From assembly GCF_964213995.1 (NCBI RefSeq), contig NC_135818.1, forward strand, positions 67,456,001 through 67,520,000: 64,000 nucleotides of DNA. Reading direction: 5' to 3'. The notes beneath the pieces were generated by a model, which saw only the letters and a program-made list of their open reading frames with translations, made no database searches and had not been told where the DNA came from. Made by a program: the position numbers and the translations under genes. The DNA is from Mustelus asterias. Lineage: Eukaryota. The stretch's first letter is position 1. Every line of letters begins with the position of its first letter. Shown one piece after another: positions 9,020-21,399 of the stretch.

Positions 9020-12000
9020 ATGGAACAGATTCTAAAACCGGATCGTCTGACACTGGACCCACATGCGGTCGGTGCAGCTAACACATTCGACCATTGGTGG
9101 AAGTGCTTTGAGGACTACCTGGCAGCCTCGGTAGCTATCACTACAGACAGTGATAAACTCCAGGTCCTCCACGCAAGGGTAAGCGACATGATTTACCTAG
9201 CCATTCGTGCAGCTCCCACTTACCTGGGTGCCGTTGAGCTCCTAAAAAAAAGATACACTATGCCACCCAACGAGATACACGCTCGTTACCTCCTCGCTAC
9301 ACGACGTCGGCAGTCGGGCGAAACCATGGAGGACAATGCCAATGAGCTCCTGCAGCTTGCCAGGGGTTGCGATTGTAAGGACGTATCAGCCGAACAGTAT
9401 ATGTACGACCTCGCCCGAGACGCGTTCGTAGCAGGGGTAGGGTCCTCGTACATCAGGCTTAAATTGCTGGAAAAGGGGAAACTCGACTTGACCCAAGCAA
9501 TGGAGATGGCCGTGATGCTGGAGGCGGCGTCGAAGAGCTTGGCGCTGTACCCCGAGGACCACGTGCAGTCAACGTGGTTGGAGCAAGCTCAGCTCCCTCC
9601 TCGCCCCGCTAACCCACGCTCCCAGATCGATTCGACGACGGCGGCAGCTCCAGGTGGCCAGCGATGCTATTTTTGTGGTGGGGCCAAGCATCCACGGCAA
9701 CAGTGTCCGGCAAGAACGGCAATCTGCAGCCAGTGCGGTAAAAAAGGCCACTACGGCAAAGTCTGCAGGTCCAAACCTAAAAACGGCAGTGCAGCTTGTA
9801 ACCCTCCAGAACGGAGACAATCTCCTTCGGCGTCGCAGTACCCACGAGGTCCGACCACGTGCGATCCCAGGATGGCGCCATCGTGGCTGACAGAGGAGGA
9901 GGAAGACCACCAGGAGTCGCTGCGCTTGGCGCCCTCGCCCACGTGCGATTCATGGCCATCATGGTCCACGACGACTAGGAGCGACCAGCAGGGGTCCTCA
10001 GCATCCACATCGGCAGCATGCAGTGACGCCCAGGGGCCAACGGTGGCGTCGATCTCCCTGGATCAGACCAGGCACTACAGACTTGAACATTCTATGATGG
10101 ATATAAAGGTTAGTGGTAGAACTGTGAATTGTCTGTTTGACAGTGGAAGCACCGAAAGTTTCATACACCCTGAAACTGCTAAAAGGTGTGGACTCCGGGT
10201 TCTCCCTGCCAAGCAGACAATTTCCATGGCATCACGGTCCCGGTCTGTACCGATCCAAGGACGATGTATGGTAACTCTTGAGGTACAGGGCACAATTTAC
10301 GAGCAATACAGGCTCCTTGTGTTACCTCACCTTTGCGCGCCAATTCTCCTCGGACTAAACTTTATGGTCCACATGAAGAGTGTGATCCTACAGTACGGTG
10401 GGCCACTCCCTTCACTGGCAGTAGGGAATCAGCCGCAGCCTCCAAATTGCCCAAAGCGCCCCGCATGCAATCTATCCACCCTGAAAATCACTACACCATC
10501 CCTTTTTAAAAATCTGGTACCTGGCTGCAAGCCCATCGCTACTAAAAGTAGGCGTTACAGCGCTGAGGACCGGATCTTTATTAGATCTGAGGTTCAGCGG
10601 CTCCTCAAGGAAGGGATCATACAGGCCAGTGCTAGTCCGTGGAGAGCGCAGGTCGTGGTAGTCAAAAGCGGGAACAAACCTCGGATGGTCATCGACTATA
10701 GTCAGACCATTAATCGTTATACACAGCTGGATGCGTATCCTCTCCCGCGCATTTCTGATATGGTCAATCAGATTGCGCAGTACCGAGTGTTTTCTACCAT
10801 AGACCTTAAGTCCGCCTACCATCAACTCCCCATCCGCCCAGAGGACCGACAATATACGGCTTTTGAGGCGGATGGTCGTCTATACCAATTCCTCAGGGTT
10901 CCATTTGGTGTCACCAATGGGGTCTCGGTCTTCCAGCGTGCTATGGACCGAATGGTGGACCAGAACGGGTTGCGGGCTACCTTTCCGTACCTGGATAACA
11001 TCACCATCTGCGGCCATGACCAGCAGGACCACGACACGAATCTCCAACACTTTCTACGCACTGCATCTCGCCTGAATCTGACCTATAACAGGGAGAAGTG
11101 CGTATTCCGTACGCGTAGGTTAGCCATCCTCGGATACGTGGTGGAAAACGGGGTCATTGGCCCTGATCCAGACCGTATGCGCCCACTCACTGAACTTCCC
11201 TTGCCCGCTAGCACGAAAGCACTGAGGAGATGCCTCGGGTTCTTTTCGTATTATGCACAGTGGGTCCCCAACTACGCGGACAAAGCTCGTCCGCTCATTA
11301 AGTCCACGACCTTCCCACTTACGCCGGAGGCCCAATTGGCCTTCAAGGTTTTGAAGAGCGACATATCGAAAGCCACGATGCACGCGGTGGATGAATCCAT
11401 TCCTTTCCAGGTGGAGAGTGATGCATCTGACTTCGCCCTAGCCGCCACACTAAACCAGGCAGGCAGGCCCGTCGCGTTCTTTTCCCGCACCCTTCAAGGC
11501 CCAGAAATTCGGCACTCAGCGGTGGAGAAGGAGGCTCAGGCCATTGTGGAGGCAGTCAGACACTGGCGCCATTACCTGGCAGGGAAGCGGTTCACCCTGA
11601 TCACGGATCAACGATCCGTGGCGTTTATGTTCAGTAACACGCAGAGGGGCAAGATCAAGAACGATAAGATCTTGCGGTGGAGAATTGAGCTCTCCACCTA
11701 TAATTACGATATTATGTATCGTCCAGGGAAGCTCAATGAGCCCTCGGATGTCCTCTCGCGCGGAACATGCGCCATCATGCAGGAGGACCGCTTGAAGGCT
11801 CTCCACAATGATCTGTGTCATCCTGGAGTCACCAGACTCTACCACTTCGTCAAAGCCCGCAACCTGCCTTACTCGGTGGGGGATGTCAGGTCAGTGACTA
11901 GAAGCTGTCGGATTTGCGCAGAATGCAAACCACACTTTTATCGACCAGACCGGGCACAATTGGTCAAGGCCACTCGCCCTTTTGAGAGGCTGAGTGTGGA

Positions 12001-13009
12001 TTTTAAGGGCCCCCTTCCCTCAACGGACCGGAATGTCTATCTCCTCAACATAATAGACGAGTATTCCCGGTTTCCGTTTGTTGTCCCCTGTGCGGACACG
12101 TCGACTGCCACCGTCATCAAGGTTTTCAGTGAACTTTTTACCCTGTTCGGGTACCCCTGCTACATTCATAGCGACAGGGGCTCGTCGTTCATGAGCAACG
12201 ACTTGAGGCAATTCCTGCTCTCATTCGGGATTGCCTCTAGTAGAACCACGAGCTACAACCCTAGGGGTAACGGACAGGTGGAAAGGGAGAATGCTACAGT
12301 CTGGAAGGCTGTCCTACTGGCACTGAAATCCAGGGGCCTTCCAGTCTCCCGTTGGCAGGAGGTCCTTCCAAATGCGCTCCATTCTATCCGCTCCCTCCTG
12401 TGTACGGCAACCAATGCTACTCCCCACGAGAGGATGTTCTCATTCCCTCGGAAGTCGTCCTTGGGAACCTCATTGCCAGCCTGGTTGACGTACCCAGGAC
12501 CCGTCCTTCTGCGGCGACATGTGAGGGCTCGCAAGTCCGACCCCTTGGTCGAACCGGTCCAACTCCTCCACGCCAACCCTCAGTATGCCTATGTGGCATA
12601 TCCTGACGGGCGAGAGGACACTGTCTCCATTAGAGACCTGGCGCCCGCAGGGGACGTAGCAACTCCTGTCGCTCCTATTCCCCCAGTCACGAATCCACTA
12701 CTCCTCATTACTTCCCCAGACGTGGCGCGGTCAGCACCGGGACCAGTGCATAACACTTTTACTCCCATGTACAGCTTGCCTGAGACTCGGAGATCGGCGC
12801 CACCATCATCACCACCACCACTACCACCAAACGTTCCAGGATCCCCTGCACCATCGCCTCACCAGGGCCGGCCGGCCCGGGAGTCCTTGAGGGGACAGCC
12901 AGACGTTGCTTTGGAAAGAGCGCCACCACAAGCACCTGCTCCGGTTTCGCAACCGGTGTTGAGGAGATTGCAGCGTCGGTGCGGTCCTCCAGACCGTCTG
13001 GACTTGTGA
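9020..13009 (+). CDS. gag-pol: Gag-Pol polyprotein (1329 aa): gag with two zinc knuckles, aspartic protease, RT, RNase H, integrase
   Basis: Zinc knuckles CYFCGGAKHPRQQC and CSQCGKKGHYGKVC; protease LFDSGS; RT IDLKSAYHQ, PFG and YLDN; RNase H SDASD, EKEA and TDQ; integrase HHCC zinc finger with D(VDFKGP)-D(SDRGSSF)-E(GQVER). No stops or frameshifts. Confidence 0.97.
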   Translation: MEQILKPDRLTLDPHAVGAANTFDHWWKCFEDYLAASVAITTDSDKLQVLHARVSDMIYLAIRAAPTYLGAVELLKKRYTMPPNEIHARYLLATRRRQSGETMEDNANELLQLARGCDCKDVSAEQYMYDLARDAFVAGVGSSYIRLKLLEKGKLDLTQAMEMAVMLEAASKSLALYPEDHVQSTWLEQAQLPPRPANPRSQIDSTTAAAPGGQRCYFCGGAKHPRQQCPARTAICSQCGKKGHYGKVCRSKPKNGSAACNPPERRQSPSASQYPRGPTTCDPRMAPSWLTEEEEDHQESLRLAPSPTCDSWPSWSTTTRSDQQGSSASTSAACSDAQGPTVASISLDQTRHYRLEHSMMDIKVSGRTVNCLFDSGSTESFIHPETAKRCGLRVLPAKQTISMASRSRSVPIQGRCMVTLEVQGTIYEQYRLLVLPHLCAPILLGLNFMVHMKSVILQYGGPLPSLAVGNQPQPPNCPKRPACNLSTLKITTPSLFKNLVPGCKPIATKSRRYSAEDRIFIRSEVQRLLKEGIIQASASPWRAQVVVVKSGNKPRMVIDYSQTINRYTQLDAYPLPRISDMVNQIAQYRVFSTIDLKSAYHQLPIRPEDRQYTAFEADGRLYQFLRVPFGVTNGVSVFQRAMDRMVDQNGLRATFPYLDNITICGHDQQDHDTNLQHFLRTASRLNLTYNREKCVFRTRRLAILGYVVENGVIGPDPDRMRPLTELPLPASTKALRRCLGFFSYYAQWVPNYADKARPLIKSTTFPLTPEAQLAFKVLKSDISKATMHAVDESIPFQVESDASDFALAATLNQAGRPVAFFSRTLQGPEIRHSAVEKEAQAIVEAVRHWRHYLAGKRFTLITDQRSVAFMFSNTQRGKIKNDKILRWRIELSTYNYDIMYRPGKLNEPSDVLSRGTCAIMQEDRLKALHNDLCHPGVTRLYHFVKARNLPYSVGDVRSVTRSCRICAECKPHFYRPDRAQLVKATRPFERLSVDFKGPLPSTDRNVYLLNIIDEYSRFPFVVPCADTSTATVIKVFSELFTLFGYPCYIHSDRGSSFMSNDLRQFLLSFGIASSRTTSYNPRGNGQVERENATVWKAVLLALKSRGLPVSRWQEVLPNALHSIRSLLCTATNATPHERMFSFPRKSSLGTSLPAWLTYPGPVLLRRHVRARKSDPLVEPVQLLHANPQYAYVAYPDGREDTVSIRDLAPAGDVATPVAPIPPVTNPLLLITSPDVARSAPGPVHNTFTPMYSLPETRRSAPPSSPPPLPPNVPGSPAPSPHQGRPARESLRGQPDVALERAPPQAPAPVSQPVLRRLQRRCGPPDRLDL

Positions 13010-13070
13010 ATCCTGTGATTTGTCTGTTTATATGACCTGTTTTTCGTGCACCCCGCCACCTTTTGTTCTT

Positions 13071-13084
13071 AAAGGAGGGGTGAA
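13071..13084 (+). other. Polypurine tract
   Basis: AAAGGAGGGGTGAA directly before the 3' LTR. Confidence 0.85.
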
Positions 13085-13379
13085 TGTGGTGAACCATCGT
13101 TGGTTCACCACTGGGGGTTGTTACTATGTTACTGTTGGGCTAGGGTGTTGTTACTGTGGGGGTTGTACAATGTTGTTGGGTTAGGGTGTTTACCTGTTAT
13201 AAGAGTTATCATGGCACATTCCAGCGGGGTCCCGCCTCCGGTGGCGAGGTATAAGACCCCCTGCTCCGGCAGGACCCCTTCAGTCTGAACTGGTGTATTC
13301 GTGTTAGTAGTTCCATTGTTACTCTATTAAAGCCTTCAATACCGAAGCCTTGGTTCCACGTGCTTATTGTCGCGCATCA
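13085..13379 (+). repeat. 3' LTR (295 bp), ATTAAA poly(A) signal at 13326-13331
   Basis: Direct repeat of the 5' LTR. Confidence 0.98.
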
Positions 13380-13519
13380 CAGAGCCTGAGGAGAAAGTGC
13401 CGGAGTGTGTATTGGAAGAGAGGGAGTTTCTGAAGTGGATGTTGCTGTCGGGAACACAACTATCCCTGAGGCTTTTGTTTCCTCATAATATGCAGACATT
13501 GGAGACCCTAATAATCACA

Positions 13520-14311
13520 GAGTCATAGAATCCTACAGTGCAGAAGGAGGCCATTCAGCTCATCGAGTCTGCACCAACCACAATCCCACCCAGGCCCTAT
13601 CCCCATAACCCCATACATTTACCTTAATTGATCCCCCTGACAGGAAGGGGCAATTTAGCATAGCCAATCCACCTAACTCGCACATCTTTGGACTGTGGGA
13701 GGAAACCGGAGCACCCGGAGGAAACTCACGCAGACATGGGGAGAACGTGCAAACACCACACAGTCACCCAAGGCCAGAATCGAACCTGGGTCCCTGGTGC
13801 TGTGAGGCAGCAGTGCTAACCACTGTGCCATTGTGCTGCTCAAAGTGGCCATTTGGCCCATCGAGTCTGCACCGACCACAAACCCACCCAAGTCCTATCC
13901 CCATAACCCCATGCATTTATCCTAACTAGTCTCTCTGACATTAAGGGGCAATTTAGCATGGCCAATGCACCTAACCCACACATCTTTGGACTGTGGGAGG
14001 AAACCAGAGCACCCGAGGAAAGTTTATGAAGTTTATTTATTTATTAATCATAAGTAAGGCTTACATTAACGCTGCAATGAAGTTACTGTGAAATTCCCCT
14101 AGTCGCCACACTCCAGCGCCTGTTCGGGTCAATGTACCTAACCAGCATGTCTTCCAGAATGTGGGGGAAACCAGAGCACCCAGAGGAAACCCATGCAGAC
14201 ATGGGGAGAATGTGCAAACTCCACACAGACAGTGGCCCAAGCCGGGTATCGAACCCGGGTCCCCAGCGCTGTGAGGCAGCAGTGCTAACCACTGTGCCAC
14301 CATGCCGCCCC
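13520..14311 (-). mobile_element. Cluster of three SINEs: HE1-like (13520-13832), partial HE1-like (13846-14020), type B (14024-14311)
   Basis: Reverse-complement matches to the SINE heads and tails. Confidence 0.85.
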
Positions 14312-14714
14312 AAAACATAATCCAAAACATATATCCTTCTTGCAGCTGTTCTTGTCCCACAGGTATTTCTTAAGACACGATCTTCATTAACACTGTTTGC
14401 AATTTGTAACAGTTAACCATAGCTTGCGGCACAGAAGACCAGGGGTCTGCTAACTTTAAATTGAATGTGGATCAATGCCATCCAGCAAATGTCTTCTAAA
14501 TGGAACTTCACCTGTTCCTTTTTAAAGAGATGTTTTCTTATTTCCCATTCCCCACCCAGCCTGTTTTCCAGGTTTCAATGCCACCACCTGCTAAACTAAA
14601 CATATCTGCTGAGCCCAGCACACTGAATTCCAGCTTATCTGAGTGATCAGCGCTATTACAACCAGGGAAACTAAAAATGAAAATGCACAACTTGGTGTGT
14701 TTTGTAAGTATTTT

Positions 14715-15105
14715 TTTTATTCATTCGTGGGACTTGGTCATCGCAGTCTGGCCAGCATTTATTACCCATCCCTAGTTGCCCTTGAGATGGTGGTGATGAG
14801 CTACCTTCTTGAACAACTAAGTGGCTTGCTAGGACATTTCAGAGGGCAGTTGAGAGTCAACCGCATTGCTGTGGCTCTGGAGTCACATGTAAGCCTGACC
14901 AGGTAAGGACGGCAGATTCCCTTCCCTAAAGACATTAGCGAACCACATGGATTCCTCCGACAATCGTTAGATTCTTAATTGCAGATATTTTTTATTGAAT
15001 TCAAATTCTACCATCTGCCATGGCGGGATTTGAACCCAGATCCCCAGAACATTGGCTGAGTGTCTGGATTAATAGTCCAGCGATAATACCACTAGTCCAT
15101 CGCCT
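14715..15105 (-). mobile_element. Second tRNA-derived SINE family (type C)
   Basis: tRNA-like head and core GGTTCACTAATGTCCTTTAGGGAAGGAAATCTGCC. Other copies at ~44272-44410, 48535-48855, 53510-54210 and 62320-62965. Confidence 0.75.
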
Positions 15106-15634
15106 AGTGGTATTAGCTCACTTATCAGCACTTATCTTATTACCAGAAGCAATTGAAATACCCACCAGAAGGCAAATCCAGGTACATCTGAATAAACTGA
15201 TTCCAAATAACGTTATGACCAGTCCCCAGGGGAGTTTGCTCAGATTTGTTAATCTGACGCAATCCTTCAATTTGCAACTGTCCGGCTGGGAGGAAAAGCC
15301 CCAAATTGATATCCCCGGGTGAGGAGAGATGAATTGGCTGCCTTTCTTTATTCAACCCCCCTCTGCTGGTTGCAACAAAATTAATCTAAAAAGATTCCAC
15401 CCTTCACAGATCTTTCCCCAGTCCCAATATTTAATTTTAAAAAGGGCCAATTTAACCAGGCCTTTTTGAGTTAAAGATAGAGTGGGTTTATTCAGTACAA
15501 AAGTCAAGAAAATGGTAAAACACATGCATATAGATTCATACAGATTAGAAGTGTGAACTGAGTAAGTAAGTAAAAATAAGGTATGTGAAACAGCCTTGGC
15601 TTGTGAGTAGTGTTGTGGCCATTGCGATTTGAGA

Positions 15635-16010
15635 TAATATATATTGGCATGCATTGAGAATTTGTTCGCAGGCAGGAAACTGAGAGTAGGAATAAATAGG
15701 TCATTTTTGAAGTGGCAGGCAGTGGCGAGTGGGGTTCTGCAGGGATTTGTGCTTGGTCCCAGCTTTTCACAATATACATCAATGATATAAATGAGGGAAT
15801 CAAATGTAGTATTCACAAGTTTGCTGATGACACGAAACATGGTGGGAATGTAAGTGGTGAGGAGGATGTTGAGAGGCTTCAAGGTGATTTAGACAAGTTG
15901 ACTCAGTGGACAGATACATGGCAGAAGCAATATAACATGGACAAAGCTATCCATGTCGGATGGAAAAACAGAATGGTAGAGTATTATTTAAATGGTGAGA
16001 GGTTGGAAGA
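15635..16010 (+). mobile_element. CR1 LINE RT fragment (degenerate)
   Basis: LFTIYINDINEGIKCSIHKFADDTK..LQGDLDKL. Confidence 0.85.
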
Positions 16011-17165
16011 TCTGCAAATGGATCATAAGAATTACTGCAGCACTGTGCCTGGGACAAAGTGGCAGGAACTGGCCCGAAGGTAAGTGGCAGGGGTCCCAGG
16101 GAGGGAGGGTAGGGGATGCCCTCACGGATTGCAAGAGGGGGTGGGGCAAATAGGTTATTAGGGCATAGACTAGGGTGGGTTTGGGAGGTCCGGAGCTCAC
16201 CAGTCCCTGAAGGGTGGATATGCCCAGTTGGAACTGGCCTTCCGATAGAGGTGCCCCCCCCCCACCCCCCCACCCTTCCACCACCCCCCTTCCTGCCTGA
16301 TACCGAGGTTCTTAACTTTTGCTGTTTCCCACCCTGAGATATCCCGTGCCTGCCAAGTTGAAATTTGAGGCTGGTGGGAAAATGGCCATTAAGTGTCCAT
16401 GAAGTGGCCCCAATATAGTCAAGGGTGAGCTTCCTGTCTGAGGTCCTGTCCACCCCAGCCTAACATCCCTTCGGGACCAAGGCTGGTGACATCCCATGAG
16501 GAATCCCGTCTATGCAATTTCACTCTCCCTATGACTTCAAACCCCGCCAGGGTGGGGGAGTGTAAAATCCAGGCCATGGAATGGTGATTTTGCTTCACAT
16601 TGCGAGAGCAGAGCAATATAAAAAAAACCTGCATGAGATGAGATTATCACGGACGAAATTACTTTATTCAATTTTGCTCATGACATTCTAAGATCTACAG
16701 AGTTTCTTCAAATTTTATTATGAATGTAATCCTACTGGTTCTTTGAAAATATTTGATTGAATTTCAGATGAAGCCCAACCACCATTATTTACAATAAGCT
16801 GTCCACTTTTCCACCGGAAGTTTCCGACCTTCTGTCTTGAAGCACCATGCCTCATGAAACACTAAGTCGAGCATCTTCATTTCCTCCATCACTGCTCCTT
16901 TGGTAGAAGGAGCGAGAACCAGAGAACATTGCATCAACTAGCCTAATCAAACAGTGCTTGCTGTTATTATCGAGTGAGTAATGAACCAAGAGCTAAAATG
17001 CTGCTGTATAGTCAATGAGAACACTGCATAGTAATAAAGCAGGTGTCACCACTCTATAATAAGTTGGCAATAAGTTCTGTGAAAAAATCCAAAGAACTAG
17101 TAGAATTACATTCATAATAAAATTTGAAGAAACTTTATCGATCTTCGAATGTCATGAGCAAAAAT

Positions 17166-17476
17166 GGGGCGACACAATGGCACAGTGGTTAGCACTGCTG
17201 TCTCACAGAGCCAGGGACCCGGGTTCAATTCCTGGCTTGGGTCACTGTCTGTGCACAATCTGCATGTTCTCCCCATGTCTGCGTGGGTTTCCCCAAATCA
17301 TCCGCTTTCCTCCCACAGTCTGAAAGATGTGCTGGTTAGGTTGCATTGGCCATGCTAAATTCTCCTTCAGTGTACCCGAACAGGCACCAGAGTGTGGCGA
17401 CTAGGGGATTTTCACAGTAACTTCATTGCAGTGTTAATGTAAGCCTACTTATGACACTAATAAATAAACTTTAAAT
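17166..17476 (+). mobile_element. HE1-headed SINE, type B tail
   Basis: Same structure as 5027-5332. Confidence 0.85.
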
Positions 17477-18466
17477 ACCGGTATCGATGGTAAACTCATG
17501 CTGACAGGAAACTTTGCAATGAGAAGTGGCTTTGTAATGTTCCTATAAGACATCTATTTTGGAAACCACAATTCAAGTGAAGGTCAACAAAGTGACACAA
17601 CCTTCCACTTTCTTATTCAGGACAGAACTTCCTTCAGGAAAGCAGACCGTTTGTAATTTCTGAGAAAGCTTTTAAATGTCTCGCTGATGTTTTATATTTT
17701 TCAATGCAATGATTATCCAGAATAAATCTCGCCACCAAAGCTTGATGCTATGTCTCTCAGAGATCCAAGTCTGTGTGAATATGCACTATTTGGAATAATG
17801 GGATGAAATCCATTGTGTATGCTTCAGCAATTTTTATACAAATAATTTTATTTTCCAGTTTTAAAATTACATGTCAAGGTGAACTTCAGGCAGTTAAGAA
17901 AAGCAATATATTTTCGGCTAAACATTAAACCTCATTTAAAAAGCAGATAATTAACATTCTAACACAGAGATATTAGAGCAAAGTCAATCTATTCCTTTGC
18001 AGTATTCTTGATTGACCATGTGAAATTTATGCAATTCTTTATCTAATGTGCTTCAATTTTTTTTTCTGAAATAAATTTTGAACTCCATGGTTAATCAAAT
18101 CCCAGTTCAGTGATAATAAAATTAAAAACTGTTTTGCCACATCTCATCCTCAAAATGAATCACTGGTTTTCATATTAATAATCTTAAAGGTGGACCATGA
18201 AAAAATGCCACACTATAAAGCCTGAGACTTGCATCAGAAACATGTGGTGTGCAATACCTCGTGGTTAAAGTATCAAACTGACAAATGAAAGCGCAAAAAT
18301 ATATCCTGCCTAATTAAATATGTCCTGCAGCTGTTGGAAGCAATGGGCCAGATTACACAAGTAATGGTGTGTCTAATGGCATCCACTGCCATTCATATGC
18401 AAAAGCTACAGCAACTTCAGGCAACAAGCTGATGGGTAAAGTCAGCCAAAAGCTGCCGTCCAACTT

Positions 18467-19362
18467 AGAGTCATAGAGATTTACAGCATGGAAACAGGCC
18501 GTTCGGCCCAACTTGTTCATGCCACTCCTTTTTTTAACCCACAAAGCTAGTCCCAATTGCCCGCGTTTGGCCCATATCCCTCTATACCCAGCATATCCAT
18601 GTAACTGTCTAAACACTTTTTAAAAGACAAAATTGTACCCGCCTCTACTACTACCTCTGACAACTTGTTCCAGACCTTCACCACCTTCTGTGTGAAAAAA
18701 TTGCCCCGCTGAACTCTTTTGCATCTCTCCCCTCTCACCTTAAACCTATGTCTTCTAGTTTTAAACTCCCCTAACTTTGGAAAAAGATATTGACTATCTA
18801 GCTGATCTGTGCCCCTCATTATTTTATAGATCTCTATAAGATCACCCCTAAGCCTCTTACGCTCCAGAGAAAAAAGTCCCAGTCTATCCAGCCTCTCCTT
18901 ATCACTCAAACCATCAAGTCCTGGTAGCATCCTAGTAAAACTATTCTGCACTCTTTCTAGTTTAATAATATCCTTTCTGTAATAGGGTGACCAGAACTGT
19001 ACACAGTATTCCAAGTGTGGCCATACCAACGTCTTGTACAACTTCAACAAAACGACCCAACTCCTTTATTCAATGCTCTGGCCAATGGAACCAAGCATGC
19101 CGAATGCCTTCTTCACCACTCTGTCCACCTGTGACTCCACTTTCAAGGAGCTATGAACCTTTACCCCTAGATCTCTTTGTTCTATAGCTCTCCCCAATGC
19201 CCTACCATTAACTGAGTAAGTCCTGCCCTGGTTCGATCGACCAAAATGCATCACCTCGCATTTATCTAAAGTAAACTCCATTTGCCACTCGTCAGCCCAC
19301 TGGCCCAATTGATCAAGTTCCCTTTGCAATCCTAGATAACCTTCTTCACTGTCCACTATGCT
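18467..19362 (-). mobile_element. CR1 LINE 3' fragment
   Basis: YKTLVWPHLEYCVQFWSPYYRKDIIKLERVQ..LRGDLIE; close relative of 39878-40808. Confidence 0.92.
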
Positions 19363-19494
19363 GTTCCACATCAGCTTTATGAAACATTTCGTTTTCTGCC
19401 TCACTATGGACTTATCTTTGGTTTGAAACACAGATTTCATTAAGATTAAAGGACATTATGGCAGCTCTCAAATTTTGTTTTCCAGTGTCTTTTC

Positions 19495-21112
19495 ATTTGA
19501 TTTGATTTCATTTGATTTATTATTGTCACGTGTTGGGATACAGTGAGAAGTATTGTTTCTTGTGTGCTATATAGAAAAAGCATACTGTTCATAAAGTACA
19601 TAGGGGAGAAGGAAAGGAGAGGGTGCAGAATATAGTGTTACAGTCATAGATAGGATGTAGAGAAAGATCAACTGAATATTTGGTAGGTCCATTCAAAAAT
19701 CTGATGGCAGCAGGAAAGAAACTGTTTGTGAGTCGGTTGGTACGTGACCTCAGACTTCTGTATCTTTTTTCCGACGGAAGATGAAAGAGAGAATGTCCAG
19801 GCTGCGTGGGGTGCTTGATTATGCTGGCTGCTTTGCCGAGGCAGTGGGAAATGTAGACAGAGTCAATGGATGGGATGCCGGTTTGTGGAATGGACTGGGC
19901 TACGTTCACAACCTTTGTAGTTTCATGCAGTCTTGGTCAGAGCAGGAGCCATACCAAGCTGTGATACATCTGGAAAGGATGCTTTCCATGGTGCATCTGT
20001 AAAAATTGGTGAAAGTCGTAGTGGACATGCCGAATTTCCTCAGCCTCCTGAGGTGGTGGGCTTTCTTCACTATAGCATCGGCATGGAGGGACCAGGACAG
20101 GTTGTTGGTGATCTGGACACCTAGAAACCTGAAGCTCTCGACCCTTTCCACTTGATCCCCGTTGATGTAGACAGGGGCATGTCCTCCACCACACTTCCTG
20201 AAGTCAAATACTATCTCCTTCATTTTTACCGACATTGAGGGAGAGATTATTATTGTCGCACCAGTTCACCAGATTCTCTATCTCTTTCCTGTACTCCGTC
20301 TCATCATTCTTTGACATCCGACCCACTACGGTGGTGTCATCAGCAAACTTGAAATTTGAGTTGGAACAGAATTTGGCCACACAGTCGTAAGCATATAGGT
20401 ATAGTACAAGACTGGGGACACAGCCTTGCGGGGCACTGGTATTGAGGATAATCATGGAGGAGGTGTCATTGCCTATCCTTACTGATTACAGTCTGTGGGT
20501 TAGGAAGTCTAGGATCCAGTAACAGAGAAAGGAGTAGAGCCCTAGGGCATGGAGTTTGGAGATGATTTTTGTAGGAATAATGGTGTTGAAGGTTGAGCTG
20601 TAGTCAATAAATAGCAATCTGACGTAAGTGTCTTTGTTATCCAGGGTTGAGTGTAGGGCCAGGGAGATGAGTCTGCTGTGGACCTGTTGTGGCGAAAGGC
20701 AATCTGTAATGGCTCCAGGCAGTCTGGGAGGCCAGACTTGATTCATGCCATGACTAACCTTTGGAAGCACTTCATAATGATGTATGTCAGAGCCACTGGG
20801 CGGTAGTCATTAAGGCACGCCGCATGGCCTTTCTTTGGTACAGGGATGATGACCATCTTCGTGAAGCAGGTAGGGACCTCAGATTGGTGTAAGAAGAGGT
20901 TAAAGAATACCCCTGCCAGCTGGTCCACACAGGATCTGAATGCTTGTTCGGGTACCCCATCCGGGCCAGTCTCTTTTCATGGGTTGACTTTCAAGAAGGC
21001 TGATCTGGCGTCTGCAATGGTGACTTTGGATACTGGTCTGGCCAAGGTTTCCAGGGCGGAAGGCATCTTGCTGACCTCTCAAAAAGCTCGCGTCTCTGGG
21101 TGGGCGATGAGT
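19495..21112 (-). mobile_element. Rex1/Babar-like LINE, 5'-truncated, frameshifted RT
   Basis: [42 protein letters not shown]; (TTTGA)n tail. Confidence 0.9.
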
Positions 21113-21399
21113 TGATCATTCGATTAACTCCAGTAAAGTCAAACCCCCTCTCTCTTTTGGTTCAGAAACAAAACATTGGCATGCAATTGATTTCAGCACT
21201 GTTCAGTAAGATCTGCTGCATCCTCCATATCCGGAAAATGGGATTAGAATATTTGTGCGGTTTGTCTTTGACCGGCGCAGACGCGATGGGCAGCAATAAG
21301 GAATCTTCTCTCCTCTCTGTAAACCTGATTCCACCTCCTCAGTTCAGCTGTTAAGCAGGCCCTGGAAGTTCAACAGTGGAAACCATCACAGCTGCAGAG

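Larger units (their letters stand above)
8663..13379 (+). mobile_element. Full-length Ty3/Gypsy LTR retrotransposon (Mag-like), 4717 bp
   Basis: TG...CA LTRs at 8663-8957 and 13085-13379, TSD CAGAG (8658-8662 and 13380-13384), PPT before the 3' LTR, domain order PR-RT-RH-IN. Confidence 0.98.

Noticed and set aside
9569-13097. Antisense and overlapping ORFs within the Gypsy element; possible env
   Set aside because: Short shadow ORFs expected in GC-rich coding DNA, with no motifs. Only 75 nt separate the pol stop from the 3' LTR, leaving no room for env.
16769-16980. AG...GTGAGT-bounded exon-like segment
   Set aside because: Stops in the frames examined and no recognisable product
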